A stretch of 64,000 bases of DNA from Cycas panzhihuaensis (GCA_023213395.1 CM041465.1:159781741-159845740); one strand, 5' to 3'. Numbered from the stretch's first letter, positions 41,001-57,640 are shown. Notes: a model not told the origin generated them from the letters alone. Program-made: numbers and translations.

Positions 41001-43393
41001 TATACTCCAAGGAGTTGAACTCACCTCCAATGTTAGTTCTTAAATATTTGATTGACCTACTAGTTCTCTTCTCAATTAGAGCCTTGAACTACTTAAAGAC
41101 ACTAAAAACTTTAGATTTCCTTCTGAAAAAATAGACCCATACCTTTTTGGAGTAATCATTTATAAATGTGATAAAGTACAATGATCCTTCATAGGATATT
41201 GTAGGGCCTAGTTCCCACACATTTGAATTTACATAATCTGGAACACTTTTACTAGTGTGACTCCTTACTTAAAACTTGAGTCTATACTTCTTTCTAAAAA
41301 TATAATGTTTACAAAAAGTTAAATCTAAAAACTACAAGTTAGGAAGTAACTTATAGTTCATTAGCACCTTAAGTCCTCTCTCACTCATGTGCCTCAGTCT
41401 CCGATGCCATAACTGAGCTAGATCTTTTATAGTCTTTAATGTTATAGTTACATGGTTGACATCTATACTTCCCACCAAAATGTGAAGGTTTCTTTTATTT
41501 AAGGCTTTCATAATAACCAAGGCACACTTTGACACCTTTAAGACTCCTTCATGACTAGTGTACTTATAACCACCAAAATCTAATTCATCTAAGGAAATTA
41601 GATTCTTTTTAGATCAGGTACATGTCTAACTTCAGTTAATGTTCTCACTACACCATTTAACATTTTAATTCTAATACTACCAATGCCCACTATCTTATAA
41701 GAAACTTCATTTCCCATAAGTACATCATCACCATCAAGAGGTTGGTATAATAAAACCCAACTCTTTTGTAGACACATGTGGTGTGAAGCACCTAAATCTA
41801 ATAACCAATCGTAATGATAATGGGAAACATAACAAGTAACCAAGATATCATCATCTGTACTTTGATTCGACTCCACTTGATTAGCCTCCTTAGTAGGATC
41901 TTCCTTTTTTTGGAACTCCTTCCTTTCACAGCAATCCTTCTTAATGTGACCTATCTTATTGTAGTGCAAATATCTAAGCTTACTCTTCTTGCCTTTTGAC
42001 TTTGACCTCGATGTATCCCTGGAGCTTTGTCCTCTCTCAATTATTTTACCCCTTAGTGTCATAGCTTCTGGTGTGGAGGTTTCAAGCCTGGACTTCCTCC
42101 TCATCTCTTTCGTTAGAAAAACACTCACAATAAAATCATAATCTAAGTAATCAGTAGCACTAAAACTAATTAAGGTGATAATATTATCCTATGATTCTGG
42201 TAATAAATAGAATAAGGTAACAACCTTATCCTCATTCTCAATCATGACATCGATACTAACCAACTGATAAATAAGAGTATTGAAAATATTTAAATAATCA
42301 AAAATTTTTATACCTTTCTTTATCTATAATGACTATAACTACCTCTTTAAGTAGATTTGATTTGTCACTGACTTGGTCATATACAAGCCTTCCAATCAGG
42401 TCCATAATCCTATTGTTGTCTTCTCCCCTTTGATGCTAAATAAAACTTTATCTACCAAACATAATCGTATTATGTTAAGTGCTATTTTATCTAGATCAAC
42501 TAATTTATTACCATTCATCCCTATGGGTTTCTTTGATTTACTTACCAGAGTTCTATATAATCCTGGTTGTACTAGAACATCATATACTTTTAGCTTCCAT
42601 AACTTGAAGTTATTATTGTCATTGAATTTCTCCACCTTAAACTTTAAATTTATAAGTTTTACCATTTGGTGTAGAAAAACTCGATACAAAAACCTTTACA
42701 AACTCACTACAAAAATAAAAGTGGCTCTAATACCACTTGTTGAAAAAACTAGGTCCCAATAACTAGAAACTACCACTAAGATCTAAACTATTTTATAACT
42801 AGTTATATGAATTGAAATTAAAATTTAGCATGCAAGTTCTTAAACTAGAGATAATATAATAAATAAATCAAAAAACCAAAGCATCATATATACACCAGAT
42901 ATAATGTGGTAAAACCCTAATAGTATGCTAGGGAAACATCCACACTGGAAAGGTATCAATCTTTATTATTCAAGAATAGAGAAATGTATGTAATTTGTAG
43001 CATAATACTCGAGTAACAATAACTAGATACCCTACTCCTCACAATACATTGAATACCATTAACATAATGAAAAAACATCCTAATACGAGTTATATGAGAG
43101 AGTTATATAATGCACAAATCTCAACTATCAAATCTAGGGAATTTTAAATGAACAACACTGATTCTCTTTATAATTTAGTATGTTTTATAGTGCTACATTT
43201 TTGGGTTAGGGCTACTACCTTTGAACCCCCTCTTTATAAGGGGGGGAAGGGAAGATTCCAATGCTCTCACACCCTTTTACTAAGGGGGGCTCCTGCCCAC
43301 TTTGGATCCCACCATGGAAATTAAGAGAGGAAATTGTACTGCCAACCTATTTAAAGTTTTACCTCCAAAAAATTGTTGTCATATTATCTAACA
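38013..43393 (-). mobile_element. Full-length Ty1/copia (Tork/Tnt1-like), same family as copia-1 (copia-2)
   Basis: LTRs 38013-38693 and 42738-43393. PBS gtggctctaataccac at 42721-42736. PPT at 38694-38710. TSD taggc/taagc. gag KFKVEKFNDNNNFKLWK, degenerate knuckle, protease WLLDLGASHHMC, LWHRRLRHMSE, RT IPYANAVGSLIY. Confidence 0.96.
38730..42665 (-). pseudogene. copia-2 gag-pol polyprotein, disrupted by many stops
   Basis: ORF fragments 42396-42689, 41598-42128, 41332-41535 and 39285-39506. Confidence 0.92.
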
Positions 43394-44589
43394 TAAGCCT
43401 CTAAGATCCACTCCTAAAAAGATTAGTCTTTATATAAATCTTAGCTCTTGTATCAAAATTATATATTTCTCCACCTCACTTTATCATTTATCCTAAGAAT
43501 TATGTTTGAATACTATTCCTCTACCCTTAGCAACTACTTAAGATTTGATAAAACCTATCATCATATTTGATTAAATTTCTATTAACCAAAAAGAAAAGGC
43601 TCAATCCTCTTATTTATCTATAAATATAATATATGCTAAAGGAACAAGGTCAAAATAAGGCCCAACCTAGTCTTCTTTAGCCCTTACATATATCACAAGG
43701 TAAAAGGTAAGATATTGCTATGAATTTTATCATCAACTTACTAGTATCTATGGATTCTAATTCCAAATGGGTGGTTATTAATAAAATCACTAAGTATGCA
43801 CACTTACTAGTTGTTCATACCTCATATAAATCCCCTCACTCAGTAAATATCTATATTCAATCCATTTTCCACCTCTATGGTTTCCCTTTAATAATAGCAT
43901 GTGATTAATACCCCAAATTTACTAGTATATTTTAACAAGAACTTTTTCAAGCTTTCAAGTCTTCCTTTAATATGAGCTTTGCCTACCACCCATAAATAGA
44001 TGGTTAATTAGAAGTCTTAAATTAGACATTTAAAACTTATCTAAGTTATTTTTCTTTAGAGCATCAACATAAGTAGAACTCACGGTTAGCTTTTGTCTAA
44101 TATTAGTACAACTCTTCCTACCACTCAACTATTCATATGTAACCCTTCATAGCCCTTTGCAGATATCCTCGTCCATCATATCACACCTTGGTTACTAATC
44201 TTAGAACTATAGTAGTGCAATAAAAACTTTAGGATATAGACTAGATCCTCCATACACTTGAAGAAAATCTAGTAGTCACCCAAAATTACATAAAATAACT
44301 CATTGAACACACTGATTGGATCGATCTTTTGATGTGGTTGATTTCACCTTCAATTATATAAATAGTAGTCTCTTAAACATTATATAAATCAAAAGTTAAG
44401 CCCTCATTACTATAGCCCTTACAAAATCCTTTAACATATTAGTGAAGTTGCATATACCCTCAAATTCCTCCTTGACACTAAAATTCATAATGTCTTCTAT
44501 GTTTCCTACCTTAAGAAACACCTTAGCTAAAATACAATACCCTAATCTACTTTACTAATTTTGGATGAAGAATAATATCTCGCCATTCC

Positions 44590-44720
44590 CTTTGATCACA
44601 TTCTTGTTAGTTGCCACTGGTACCTAAGGAACATGACCATTTTTGAATATTTGGTATAATTAGCCAACTATGAGTCAGATGAAGTAACATGGGAGTGAAC
44701 AAAATTTATTAAGTAGTATT
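44590..44720 (+). pseudogene. Integrase C-terminal chromodomain remnant
   Basis: ILVSCHWYLRNMTIFEYLV*LANYESDEVTWE matches the EYLVKW....EEATWE pattern. Confidence 0.75.
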
Positions 44721-45199
44721 TGCATGTCTTTATTGGCTTTAAGAATTCAACATCTTAGGGGAGAGGACTTGTTATATGTTCCCCTCTAAAAGTGGAGTAG
44801 GTTAAGCTAGTACTTAGAGGTTAAGATAGTACTTAATTTGTATATATGGGCCACTTATACCTACCAATAGAATTTGAGGCCATTTTTTCCAACAATGAAA
44901 TTTGTTATAAAGAGGCCTCATATGCTTATTTAATACCAAGCTTTATAAAGAATGATTATTGTGTCTTATTTTCTTCCTTGATAGGTCATACTCCATTTCT
45001 CCTTATTAGTGTCTATTTAGTGCCAATTTGTGCTCAAAATATTATCAAGAAATCTTAGTTATAATTTGGTTTCTATTATTAATATAATTAAAGCTTGGAT
45101 GCCATATTTTCTCTCTTTTATACTTGAAGTTGAATGACCATTGGGGTTTGGTGCATCTTAATGTTAACCTAGCTATAAGAAGGTAATATAAACAATGTG

Positions 45200-47207
45200 T
45201 TCCTATATCTCTTATCATATATGATAAGTTATATTTTTCATTAACAAACACATATCATATATCAGTTGAATAACCTTAACAATTGAATTTGGTGCTAATT
45301 ACTCAGTATATGAGACTTATTCTTCATGTCTTATAAATAGGTGGAAAACATTATCATCTGATTAACTTTTAACAAACAAATAAATTGAGTCATTCATTAA
45401 TATATTAGGTGATGTCATCAATCATCATTTATTTAAATAACTATCTAATAAATTAAGTGATTATCACATTTGATTAGTGTTATATATACACTAGATCAAA
45501 TGTGTAAAGTACTAAGGGGGATTTTCATCATGTCTAGCATATTTAAAATTTTTACGTTAAATTTCACCTTAAATATGGCCCACATCATGAAAATTTCATG
45601 AATCTTGAGCCTTAAAATATCATTAATTAACCTTTAAATATTTATTTTTAAATAAAACTTACTTTTTATTTTATTAATTGTTATTAATAAGCATCATCAT
45701 ATGATTAGGAGCCTTTAAAGACATCAGAAAATACTAAAATAAATTTGAAAAATCTTAAAAATCATAATTTTTATGAAGTTAAAACCATTTTACTTAATTT
45801 TACCCATTAAAATCTCTATCCTCTAATCTCTAAAATATGTCTTATGACCATTCATTTTGACTATCTCAAAATTATCTTTCCAATATAATTGATAACTCAA
45901 AAAATAGACTCTTAGATAAAAAGTTATGAATGAAAAAGTGATAATATTCCATGAAAAAACACATAATCCTTAAGAAAATTATTTCAGGTCTTTTTGGTTG
46001 GGCTCCTAGTTCTAATAGCTCCTCCATATGATTAATTATTAATGGATTAAAGGTTTATTGATGGACTTTACAAGAGATTCAAATCTGATTAAATGTATTA
46101 AAATATCATATCTACTTAATAACACATACCTCTTTATTTTGCTGCATGTAAATTGGTATACACCTATTGCCTATTTTACATCAATCATTCATTGATGGAA
46201 TAAGGTCTTATATCATCCAACATACCTTTAACTAAGCATATCTATTGTTGTTAATTATGAGATTATATAAGATAGTCAATCTTACATAATCTTAATTACC
46301 TCTATAAGGAACTTGCCTATATTGGTGAATGCAACTAATAATAGTTTTTCTTCATCATTTAGTAGACTTGTTTTAAAATTGTATTATATATATATATATG
46401 GACCCATATACATAAATAAATATCTATTATATATTTAATAAATAACATACCATCAGTCTTGTTATTATCACCTATATATGGCTTTCAAACATCTTCATCT
46501 TACCCCAAGAGCTCAGTCATATGTCACTAGTATACTTGATTTTGTCTTATTAAATTCCTCCTTATATTGGCTCCTATACTAGCTTTATCATTAATTTAAT
46601 TGCTAGTTCAACTAGCTCATCAACTTACTCATATAGGCCTGTAACCTATCTCTAGAGGATCTTTCATAACATGATAACTCAACCTAAACTCTAATACCAT
46701 GTAAGAATTTAGAATTTCACTCTAATACCATATTAGAATGTACTCATAATACATAGTAAAAACATATTAATGAAGTATAATGTATCGAATATATCATAAG
46801 GAATATATATAATTCATGTAATGTAGGATCAACATATAAAGTAATGACATAAAGTATAAAATATAAACATAAAAAACATATACTACAAGAGAGACAATAG
46901 ATTTATATATGGAAAACTTAATGTGGGAAAAACAACAAGAAAAGTTTAAGTTTGATAGCTCCTCTTTATGATATCAAGTGATAACATCTCTTTTGTTAAG
47001 TTATTAAGTAGCATGTATATATATTTATAGATATGTTACCTTATAAATAGCTTTTTATATCTTGAGTCATTCCATCATCTAATAGGATGTATATATGAAT
47101 AATCATGTATATTACATCTATTAATAATTTTATGTGAGCAAGATTTTGTGTGGTTCCACAACATTATACTAAATATTATATATATGAAAATATCACATAT
47201 TCTAATA
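45200..47207 (-). mobile_element. Truncated diverged relative of non-coding LTR element A (element B)
   Basis: LTR ~46700-47207 shares the ttttcccacatta(a/g)..ttttccat.tata block with the element A LTR. Two PBS-like motifs at 46689-46699 and 46720-46730. Interior 45790-45960 (rc) aligns with 29440-29610. No second LTR found. Confidence 0.6.
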
Positions 47208-48049
47208 AGAAGGTGTTATATATTTAGTACTCATTTTTGTAAGGGGTACAAGCTTAAGTTAGTCTTACTACTTAACTTATTCATCTAGTTAGGTAGTTTG
47301 GTCTATTCTCAAGATGGTTGATAATGCTAATAGAACCATATATTCAAAGGAGTTTATTATAAAATTAGTGGTCACAACAATTAGTTACCAATGTGGTCTA
47401 GTAGATGGAGCTTTCTTCATATGGATATTAATAAAAATTAATGGGCTCCACAACTTGTAAAGATAATCTAATAAATTTAAAGACTTTCACTCACTTGTCT
47501 TGACCTTATAGAATAACATATTCTTGGAGTGAAGTTGATATAATTGAGTTAATTTATGATCTAATAAATTTCCTTTTAAATATTATAAATAATTTTGTAA
47601 TTAAATATTATGGGAGAGAAATATTGGAGTAATATTATAAAGTTATATAGGTGGTACTAGATCTCCCCACTCTCTCAATATTAAAATATAAGCACTATTA
47701 AGTTGTGTGCATGTGCTCACCTATTGATATATTATCTTGATTAGTAGACATAGGTGTTCTTAAATATAATTGATTAATTAGAACGTGACCTTGTATTATA
47801 ATTATGTATTCATTTTTAATATAATATTTAGAGATAATCATTTCCCACTAGTTATTGTCTTATATATGATTACATGATTCATCTTTGTTTATTTATTACT
47901 TGTATTATTAATCACCTTATGTTCATTATTATATTATGTGATAATGTTTAATTTTATGTTCTAATAGCATATACCCTTATTAATTCATTTTATTTTAACT
48001 ATATCTTTTCTTGATAATTGTATACCAGTGCTAATGTTTTTCCTCCTAT

Positions 48050-48900
48050 ACTTTGCCTTTTAGGACACTCTTAACCATAATGTCCTCTTTCCCTAAAATA
48101 AAACAAGTGACATGTAAAATATCTTTAGAAAAGTTTCTATGTGATTAGTTAGGTCTTTTCATATCTTGAGATCAATTTATATTCCTTATATCTTATTAAG
48201 GGGGAATAAATCATTTCTTTTATTTTTCTTCCTTCTCTTAAATCTTATTCTTCTACTTGAAGTGGTTATTTTACTACTTTACTTATTGATCCTTATTCTA
48301 TCTCACCTTCTTTATTGCTTCTTTCAACTCCAATATTTTAATTCCTCATTGAATAAATTAATTTAGCCCACTAATACATTTATTTGACTTTACCTTTTCT
48401 TCAGATATATGGGAAGTGCATTTAAGAAGGCACATCAATTACTTATCATATTCTTTGATCATTATCCTTTCTTACTTCATTTCATAAAAGGCCTTTAAAA
48501 AATTTTTGAAATAAAATTTGGAATGGTATTTTTATTTAAGTAGTTTGTGAATACACTCTTTATATCCTTGATGCGTTTTCCCTTATTTTGATATTCTTAC
48601 CATAAAGATGTACCTTTAATAAGGTTATACACTATTATCCTTATCTTTTCATTAGCCGAGAAATCCTTACACCAGAAGTAACTTTTTATGTTCTTCAACT
48701 ATATTTTAGCCTTATCTCTCCTCTTAATTTTACCATTAATAGTGGAATATTTAACTCTTTTTTATTCAATTTGGATCATTCTCATGCTAATGGCATGATT
48801 CCTTAACCCTCTTTCTAGCATAAATTTTAATGATTTGATCCCACTAGGGTCATATTCTCTTTTATTATTATTGCTCTCTTTGTTACTTTATTCTCTAATT
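48050..48900 (-). pseudogene. Degenerate Ty3/gypsy gag (gymnosperm-like)
   Basis: rc reads STINGKIKRRDKAKI*LKNIKSYFWCKDFSANEKIRIIVYNLIKGTSLW*E, resembling PTFDGE....EAEAWL..M..YF...DYS.N.K..IA.YNL.G.ASIWWE. Broken zinc knuckle (VTCF...GHYG*ECP) at ~48065-48112. Confidence 0.65.
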
Positions 48901-50154
48901 CTCTTACTTAAATATTTTCTTAATGTACATTCTACTCCATCTCTCCTACCATTGCTATGGCATCTTTCTAATTGACCTTACCCTATTTTTTTTTAAATAT
49001 CAAAAAGTATCTTATTATCCTTTAAGATCCATATATTATTCTATATTTAACTACAGATTTAGAGTTGTGAACTACAAATAGTTTCTACAAGTTATGCTTG
49101 TAATATTTTAGCTCAAGCTTTTCCATGTGGATGACATCCCACTAATTTTATTTCTTCATCAATTAGGTCCCCTTAGTTCAATATGCCAAATTATGTGTTT
49201 TTTTTTTTTAATTCCCTTTTATTACCTTTACAATCTTAACTTTCTATGAAAAGTATAAAATGATATTGAATTTATCCCTTTACCTAAAGAAATAAAAGTT
49301 ATGAAATGATAATTTTAGCCTAAAAGAAAATATGTGAGGCTAGGCAAGGCAATTATAAGAGAGTTTCACTTAGTTTTATGATCTAGAAGTTAGGAGATAT
49401 TGGAATTTTTAGTTGAAATAAGATTTCTTAATTTTTATTAATAATTAGCAACTTGGCTAAGAGACCTAGGTGTAAAACACTAAAACACCTATGTTCACCA
49501 TTTTTCAACTGATTCTAAGCATGATATTTTGGCCAAACAATATACAATAGATTTAATAGCTATTAAGGAGAAATCTATCTAGAATAATGTTACCATGATC
49601 GATCTAAAATTTTAGGTCAATATAACCTCTTAACAAAAAAATGTAGTTTCATAAAGTTATCTAGCTATCATTTTATATTTACATAGCATTTATTTTCTTT
49701 TACTTCCCAAAATCTTTGAAGTCCATTAAGTCTAACTTAACTTTTCAGAATTTGATCTTGACTATTTAAGAAATTCTTCTACACAATCCTTATTTTTTCA
49801 ATAATGAAAGTAAAAAATGATAATTCTTTATGTTGATTCTTATTATTTTCTTAATGTTTATTTTGTTACATGTCTACTTGAACTTAAAAGAATGAAACAC
49901 AAATATGCAAAGTTAATTTATGAATCATACTTCTACTTCTCACAAGTTATTAATGCACATAACACTTAAGTCTATAAATTTATCCATAAACTAAAATGTC
50001 CAATAGGTTGAAAGATAAATTTCACAAATTAGCAATAAGATTCTAGTCTTTAACTTTTATTATTTGAGTTTGAAGCTTAATATTTATCTCATAGAGCTCT
50101 GAATTTCAAGCTACTACTATATATCATCATATACTTATGATGATATCTATAAAC

Positions 50155-52051
<1,897 letters not shown>

Positions 52052-53743
52052 AGGAATTTGGCTAGATTAACTAGGAATAGGCTAGATTGGTTAGAGGAAT
52101 TTGTCCCCTTATCTTTTAGAACTTCTCGTGAGAATTACCCTTAAGCTAAGACTTATGATATGAATGTTGTAGAAATTCATTAAAGAAACTTAAACATTCT
52201 ACTTTATAAAAATCATTAGCTTAAAACAAAGGTATCACACCATCCATATGTCTTTTATTAGTGGCCTTACACTACTTAGAATATTACATTATACATTAGA
52301 TATTCACTTAGTGGATTAAAACCATACATGGTATTATATCATAGAAAATTAGGCTATTAACATCACACTATATAGAATTTTCTAGATGCTGGACCCATGG
52401 CTTCATACTATAATTAAACTCTTCATGAACTATTGATTATAGACTTAAAAAATAATTACTTAAAAATTTTTCTCCAAAACTAGTCCCAATTAAATAGAAT
52501 ATCTCTCCTTAATCTACATGAGAAGATAAATAACACATTTAAAGTTTTCTTCTACCAAAGAATATATGCATTTTAAAATTTATATATCTCTCAAGTTCTC
52601 TCATGTGCTTTTAATAAAAGAAATAATTTACTTAAAACAACCTAACTCCTACATACTTTGGACAAATAGTCAACTAGTTATCTTCAGGTCAAAGTGGTTA
52701 AAGGAATATTCATGATAACTTTCTTGTTTAGACACACTCTATAAGAAATTTTTCTTATATGTAGGGTTGAGCTAGAATTCTACTTCTAGCTTATATTAAT
52801 TACTAAATCATTGATGAAGCCTAATGAATCTCTTACAAAGTAATGGTTTTTAGAATTTTCCCTAAAGAGTCTTACTATTGTTCATATCATGTGGCTCCTT
52901 TTATTTATTTTATTTCCCTTAATTAATCTACCCTACTTTTATTATGGTAGATATATAATTTACATAATTTTATGAAAGTTTGCATACTCAATACCTAAAT
53001 ATTCTTAGTATGTATTATACATACATAGGTCCTTAGTATAGATATGAAAATCATGACTATTAAATATTTTAAGGTGCATACACACTTAATAGGGCATTAA
53101 AAAACTCTTATTTTATAATAATAAATATATTATAATATTAAAAAATTAATGAAATGAAATATAAAATGTTGTATGCATAATAGGTACATATGAGATGTTA
53201 TACTTCTTAAAATAAAATTATCTTTATTTTCTTTTTTAAATTTCAAAATTAAACCTTGAGTTAATGTAACAAACTTTATATTTATTATCTATAGCTCTAT
53301 AAGATTTGTAAATAACTATAAGAATACTAAATAAAAGTTAAATAAATTAAGTTTATTCTACAATGAAGAATATGGATTTTGATAATTACTAATTATTTAA
53401 CCTTTTAATAAAAGACAGAGACTTATTTATGCCAATGGTATGCATAACACCTCATAATGACCATTATTAAACCTTGAGTTAATACACTATTAAACATAAT
53501 GCTAGGATGTTTATTAATCATTATATAAACTAATGATCTCTATATACACTCTCAAACATAGTGTTATATACATGATGTTACTAACATTAACTCAATTAAC
53601 CTTACTTATTTACCATATAAGTGTGAGACATATTATATTCTCCTTCCCTTTAAAAGATAGTTTCCCTCAACCATCAATGGGTAAATATAAGTTACATGTT
53701 ATCACCTTTGACTATTATTAAATTAATGAAATGACCTATAAGA

Positions 53744-54140
53744 AAACTTTGATACCATGTTAAAATTCTTATACAGGTTGTTATAACATGCTAACATTCT
53801 GATAATGACTTATATAATCAATGGGGGTAGATAAATATAATCACATGGTCAATAAATAATATAATGAATATAATAAAAGAATAAGGATTAAGGGCAAAAT
53901 TTTAATCATATAATCATATATGTGACACCATGTTTAATATGAAAAGCCCATGAATAAGAAAAGATACCTTCAAGTATATATAAGATCTCATATTAATGAA
54001 AGATAATCAATAATCCTCATAATGAGCCATTATACCTTATAAGGAGGACTAGGTAATCTAGTTTGCTTTATAATATATATTATCCTTATGTAGTTATTTC
54101 ACCTCATTATTAACCAATGATATTACACTAATATATCAAT
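53744..54140 (-). mobile_element. PBS plus partial LTR of a further element, apparently interrupted by the CRM-like element
   Basis: aactttgatacca (Met-PBS, rc) immediately followed by tgttaaaattc at 53757. A gacaccatgtttaatatgaaaagccc motif resembles copia-type LTRs. Confidence 0.45.
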
Positions 54141-57100
54141 TCATGAGGACAACCTGCAAGGAAAATGTTTAGTCTCACATGCATAAACTTAAACTAAAAA
54201 AGAATAACAAAGTAGGGAGAGTCATTTTACTTATAATTCTATTCTATTATATTCAATCTACTAAAAGATAGTTTAAAATTACATTTATATAAGTGAAAGT
54301 AGGAATTATAAAAGATTTTAATCCTAATCCTAAAAACTCCTTTATTACTTAAAATATTAAATAAAATAATATCTCTAAGTTAAATCCTACTAAAAAATTA
54401 GACCACTAAAAATTATTACATAAAAACTAGTCAAAAATTAATAATTATTTTTAAACATATAAACTAAATCTCAAATTTTAGTCATTTTCAAAGAATTTTT
54501 TGGGTAAAAAACTACATGCCTATAATGGGGCCTTCAGCTTAATTATAATCCTTTTTGACATATTCTACTTAAATAGACCTTTGAGTTAGTGCAAAAATAA
54601 CTAAATTTTGACCATTGAATAAAAAGCTATGCTTCGATTAGTAGACCCTAAATTTTAGAGAAAAACGACTAAAAAAGTGAAAAGTAAATTAAGTTATGAG
54701 TAAGGTCTAGATGCTTCTACCTCATCCTTTCCAAGTTAAAAGAAGCCTACCCCTACAAGTTCTTATTATGAAGTTCCTACCATATTATTAAGATTTAATC
54801 AATTTAGCTCTTCTTTAGTGATCTAGATGTTGTTTGCTTATGGTAGACCTTTCCACTGCACTAAGTACTTATTGTATTTTCCTTATCATATACTCACTAC
54901 CTTTATATTTAATGCTTAATCAATTTCTTCTCACTACTTTCTTAGTATTTAGGGCTCCCAACTTGTCACTTTACCTTTATAATCTCTTCATCTTCTTCAT
55001 GATGTGTATATAGATCTAAAACATTAAAAGCATGAGAGATATCAAAGTGTTTAGGTAACTTCGCCTTATATGCATTATTATTAATCCTTTGTATAAGTCA
55101 ACATGGTCCAACCTTTTCATATTTAAGCTTATTGTGGGTCCCTTAGGGAAATTTATCTTTTCTTAAGTAAACCATCACCAAGTCACCTTCTTTAAATACC
55201 TTATGTTTGTGGGTCCTATTTATTGTTTCTTTATACTTTTTATAGTATCCTATAACTTTTTCCTTACCTTATTATAAAGCTATTATATATGCTCTGCAAA
55301 AGCTTCTGCATCATCACTCAACTTTTCCATAATGGGTAAGTATACTAAATCTAGCACACCCTTAGAGTTTTTGCCATATATAACCTAAAAAGGTGATTTA
55401 CTTATTGAATTATTCATAGACTATTATATGTAAAATTTGCCTAGGCTAATACTAAATTTTACTATTTGGGCTTCTTCTTATTAATGCACCTTAATAAGTT
55501 TCCTAAACTTTTGTTCACCATTTTAGTGTAACCATTAGTCTATAGATAGAAGATACTACCAAGCTAGAGTTTTATTCCTAACTTCTTCAATAGAGGTTTC
55601 TAGAAATGACTTAAGAACTTTATATCCTAATTTGAAGTAATAATCTTTAGAAATCCATGTAACCTTGTAGCCTCTTTAAAGAATAAATTAATTATCTTAA
55701 CTATATTATTTATCTTCTTACATGTAATAAAATGAATCTTTTTTTTTTAATGATCAATAATGACAAAAATTAAATCATTACCTCTTTATGTATGTGATAA
55801 TCTTAATATGAAATCCATGCTCAAATCTATCCATTATCCTTCAGGCACTGGTAATGGTATGTATAAGCCAATATTTTATGCTTGTACTTTAACCATTTAA
55901 CATATCATGTAGTGTTCCATAAATCTTACCATATCACTCTTTATTTGATGCCAAAGATACTTTTTTTCTACTAAAGATATGGTCTTATTTTGGCCAAAAT
56001 ACCCTCAAATACCTCTACTATGTAACTCTTATATAGTGTTGAGGTGACTTAGTTTGGTCACACTTATGAACCTAAAGGCCTAATATCCAAAGAATAATTA
56101 ATTAGATAATGATGATTTATTGATTAATAAATGTTTCATATTACATAAAAGAATGTATTTATATTCTATCCATAGAAGGACATGTTTGGTTCATAAATAG
56201 ATATGACCCTTCACTAATATAATATGATTATTTCTATGTAAATATACCATTTAGACTCACTACAAGCTCTCCCCTCTCAAAAGGATTTATTCTTGAAGGC
56301 TATTGGAATGGAATAGTCCTCATGTGAGTAGCATAATGTTTTATAGATTTGTGAGATTTGCATGTCGATTTAAGTAATAAGGAAGTGTTGAATATATAAT
56401 CTGAAAGATGCTTTGTTATGGATTCTAGTTCATTTTTTATTTAAACATGGAGTTATATCCCATTACCTTCTAGTATAATAGGATTTCTAGATTTGTGATA
56501 CTAGCATGGTATATTTATTTATTAAGTTGATTATTATCAAGACGTCCTATGGAATCCTTCACTTAAACTTATGATTAGGTATCTTAATTTCTAGGTGATA
56601 CTAAAATAATATTATAACATATTTTTCATATGAATTGATATTTATATTATTATCTAGGGTTGATTCTTTTGATTTATTATCATTATTTATTAATCCTAAT
56701 TTCTCATCATTGGTAGGCATATCATATTTTTTTTTGTCAATGTTAAGAGTTCATTCTTCATTGGAGGGTTTATTATTTGATGGAAGAATTTGGCGAGATA
56801 TTCTATCATTAAGTTCTTGTTTATTGACATCTTTAATAGAAATCATGGAAATGATATAAAGAGTAGGGATATTTTATTTTTGAATTCTCTAGTTGTTATC
56901 TTTATCTATACACAAAGGTGGTTTTTTCTAAACCTTCCAATTGTCATCCATATCTACATGTGAAAGTGGTTGAATATATTGACATCTATTTCCAGGTTAT
57001 TTTCAATATGGATGCTTAGTGGATACAAGAGGTGTATTAGTTATTTCACAAGTTATCTAATTTCCAATAATGGATTCATTTTCATCATCATTTAATTCTT

Positions 57101-57389
57101 TTATCTTCATTGATATGTTTGGATATGCATATCTTTGAATGCTTGTTAATTCCTGATTCTTTCTCAACTACTCTTTTTCTTTTTTTATTACTATCATCAA
57201 CAAAGCATAATTGAGGCTTATTAGTTTTGGAGACAAATTCAGTTTTGATTAATATTTGAATGATGTTTGGTAAGATGATTCTTTACTACCTTCATCTACT
57301 TTTGATATTACTAGATTTTCCTTAGGGCTCACTTTAGGAACAAGTATCGTATTTAAAGTTTGAACCTCAATAACAATGGTATCATCTTC

Positions 57390-57640
57390 TTTAAATTAAT
57401 TTTTAAATATTAATAAAAATAGTTCCCATGTTATAGTTTTATGGTTCTCAATTTTATATTCCTACAACCAATTTTTCCACCAGTTGAATGCCATTTATAC
57501 ATATGTAATGTGACATATAATATTTTTTTCTCATCGCTTATAATATTTTAAAGTAGGAAAAAGTCTTCTAGTTCTTACAACTAATCAAGAGCACATTCAT
57601 TTAACCCATAGAGCTATGATATGCCAAAAGTTTCCTTGAT
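57390..57640 (-). pseudogene. Degenerate gypsy-type gag core
   Basis: rc reads ALD*L*ELEDFFLL*NIISDEKKILYVTLHM/AFNWWKNWL...KTITWELF. Confidence 0.7.

Larger units (their letters stand above)
33018..45160 (+). mobile_element. Chromodomain-bearing Ty3/gypsy (chromovirus, Reina-like), very decayed, interrupted by copia-2
   Basis: 3' LTR 44770-45160 follows PPT ttaggggagaggact. 33018-33273 is homologous to its 3' two-thirds and is followed by a degenerate PBS agtgggataagag (33274-33286). gag ~34920-35700, protease (ISILINGDVYLNFI) ~36110, RT (KKDGS, DYHELNKITIKNKF, FFDNILVY) ~36700-37450, RNase H (LECDA, KKGK*NVVVDALS) to ~37900, integrase ~43400-44520, chromodomain ~44590-44720. The 5' boundary is uncertain. 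Confidence 0.85.

Noticed and set aside
52100-52700. Possible decayed LINE ORF2 fragment
   Set aside because: Only a faint CPKYVG-like motif; cannot be supported by eye.
53921-53950. 'gtgacacca tgtt' as another internal PBS
   Set aside because: Better explained as the common LTR motif acacca..t.acgtgg.aaaccc, also present in the copia-1/2 LTRs.
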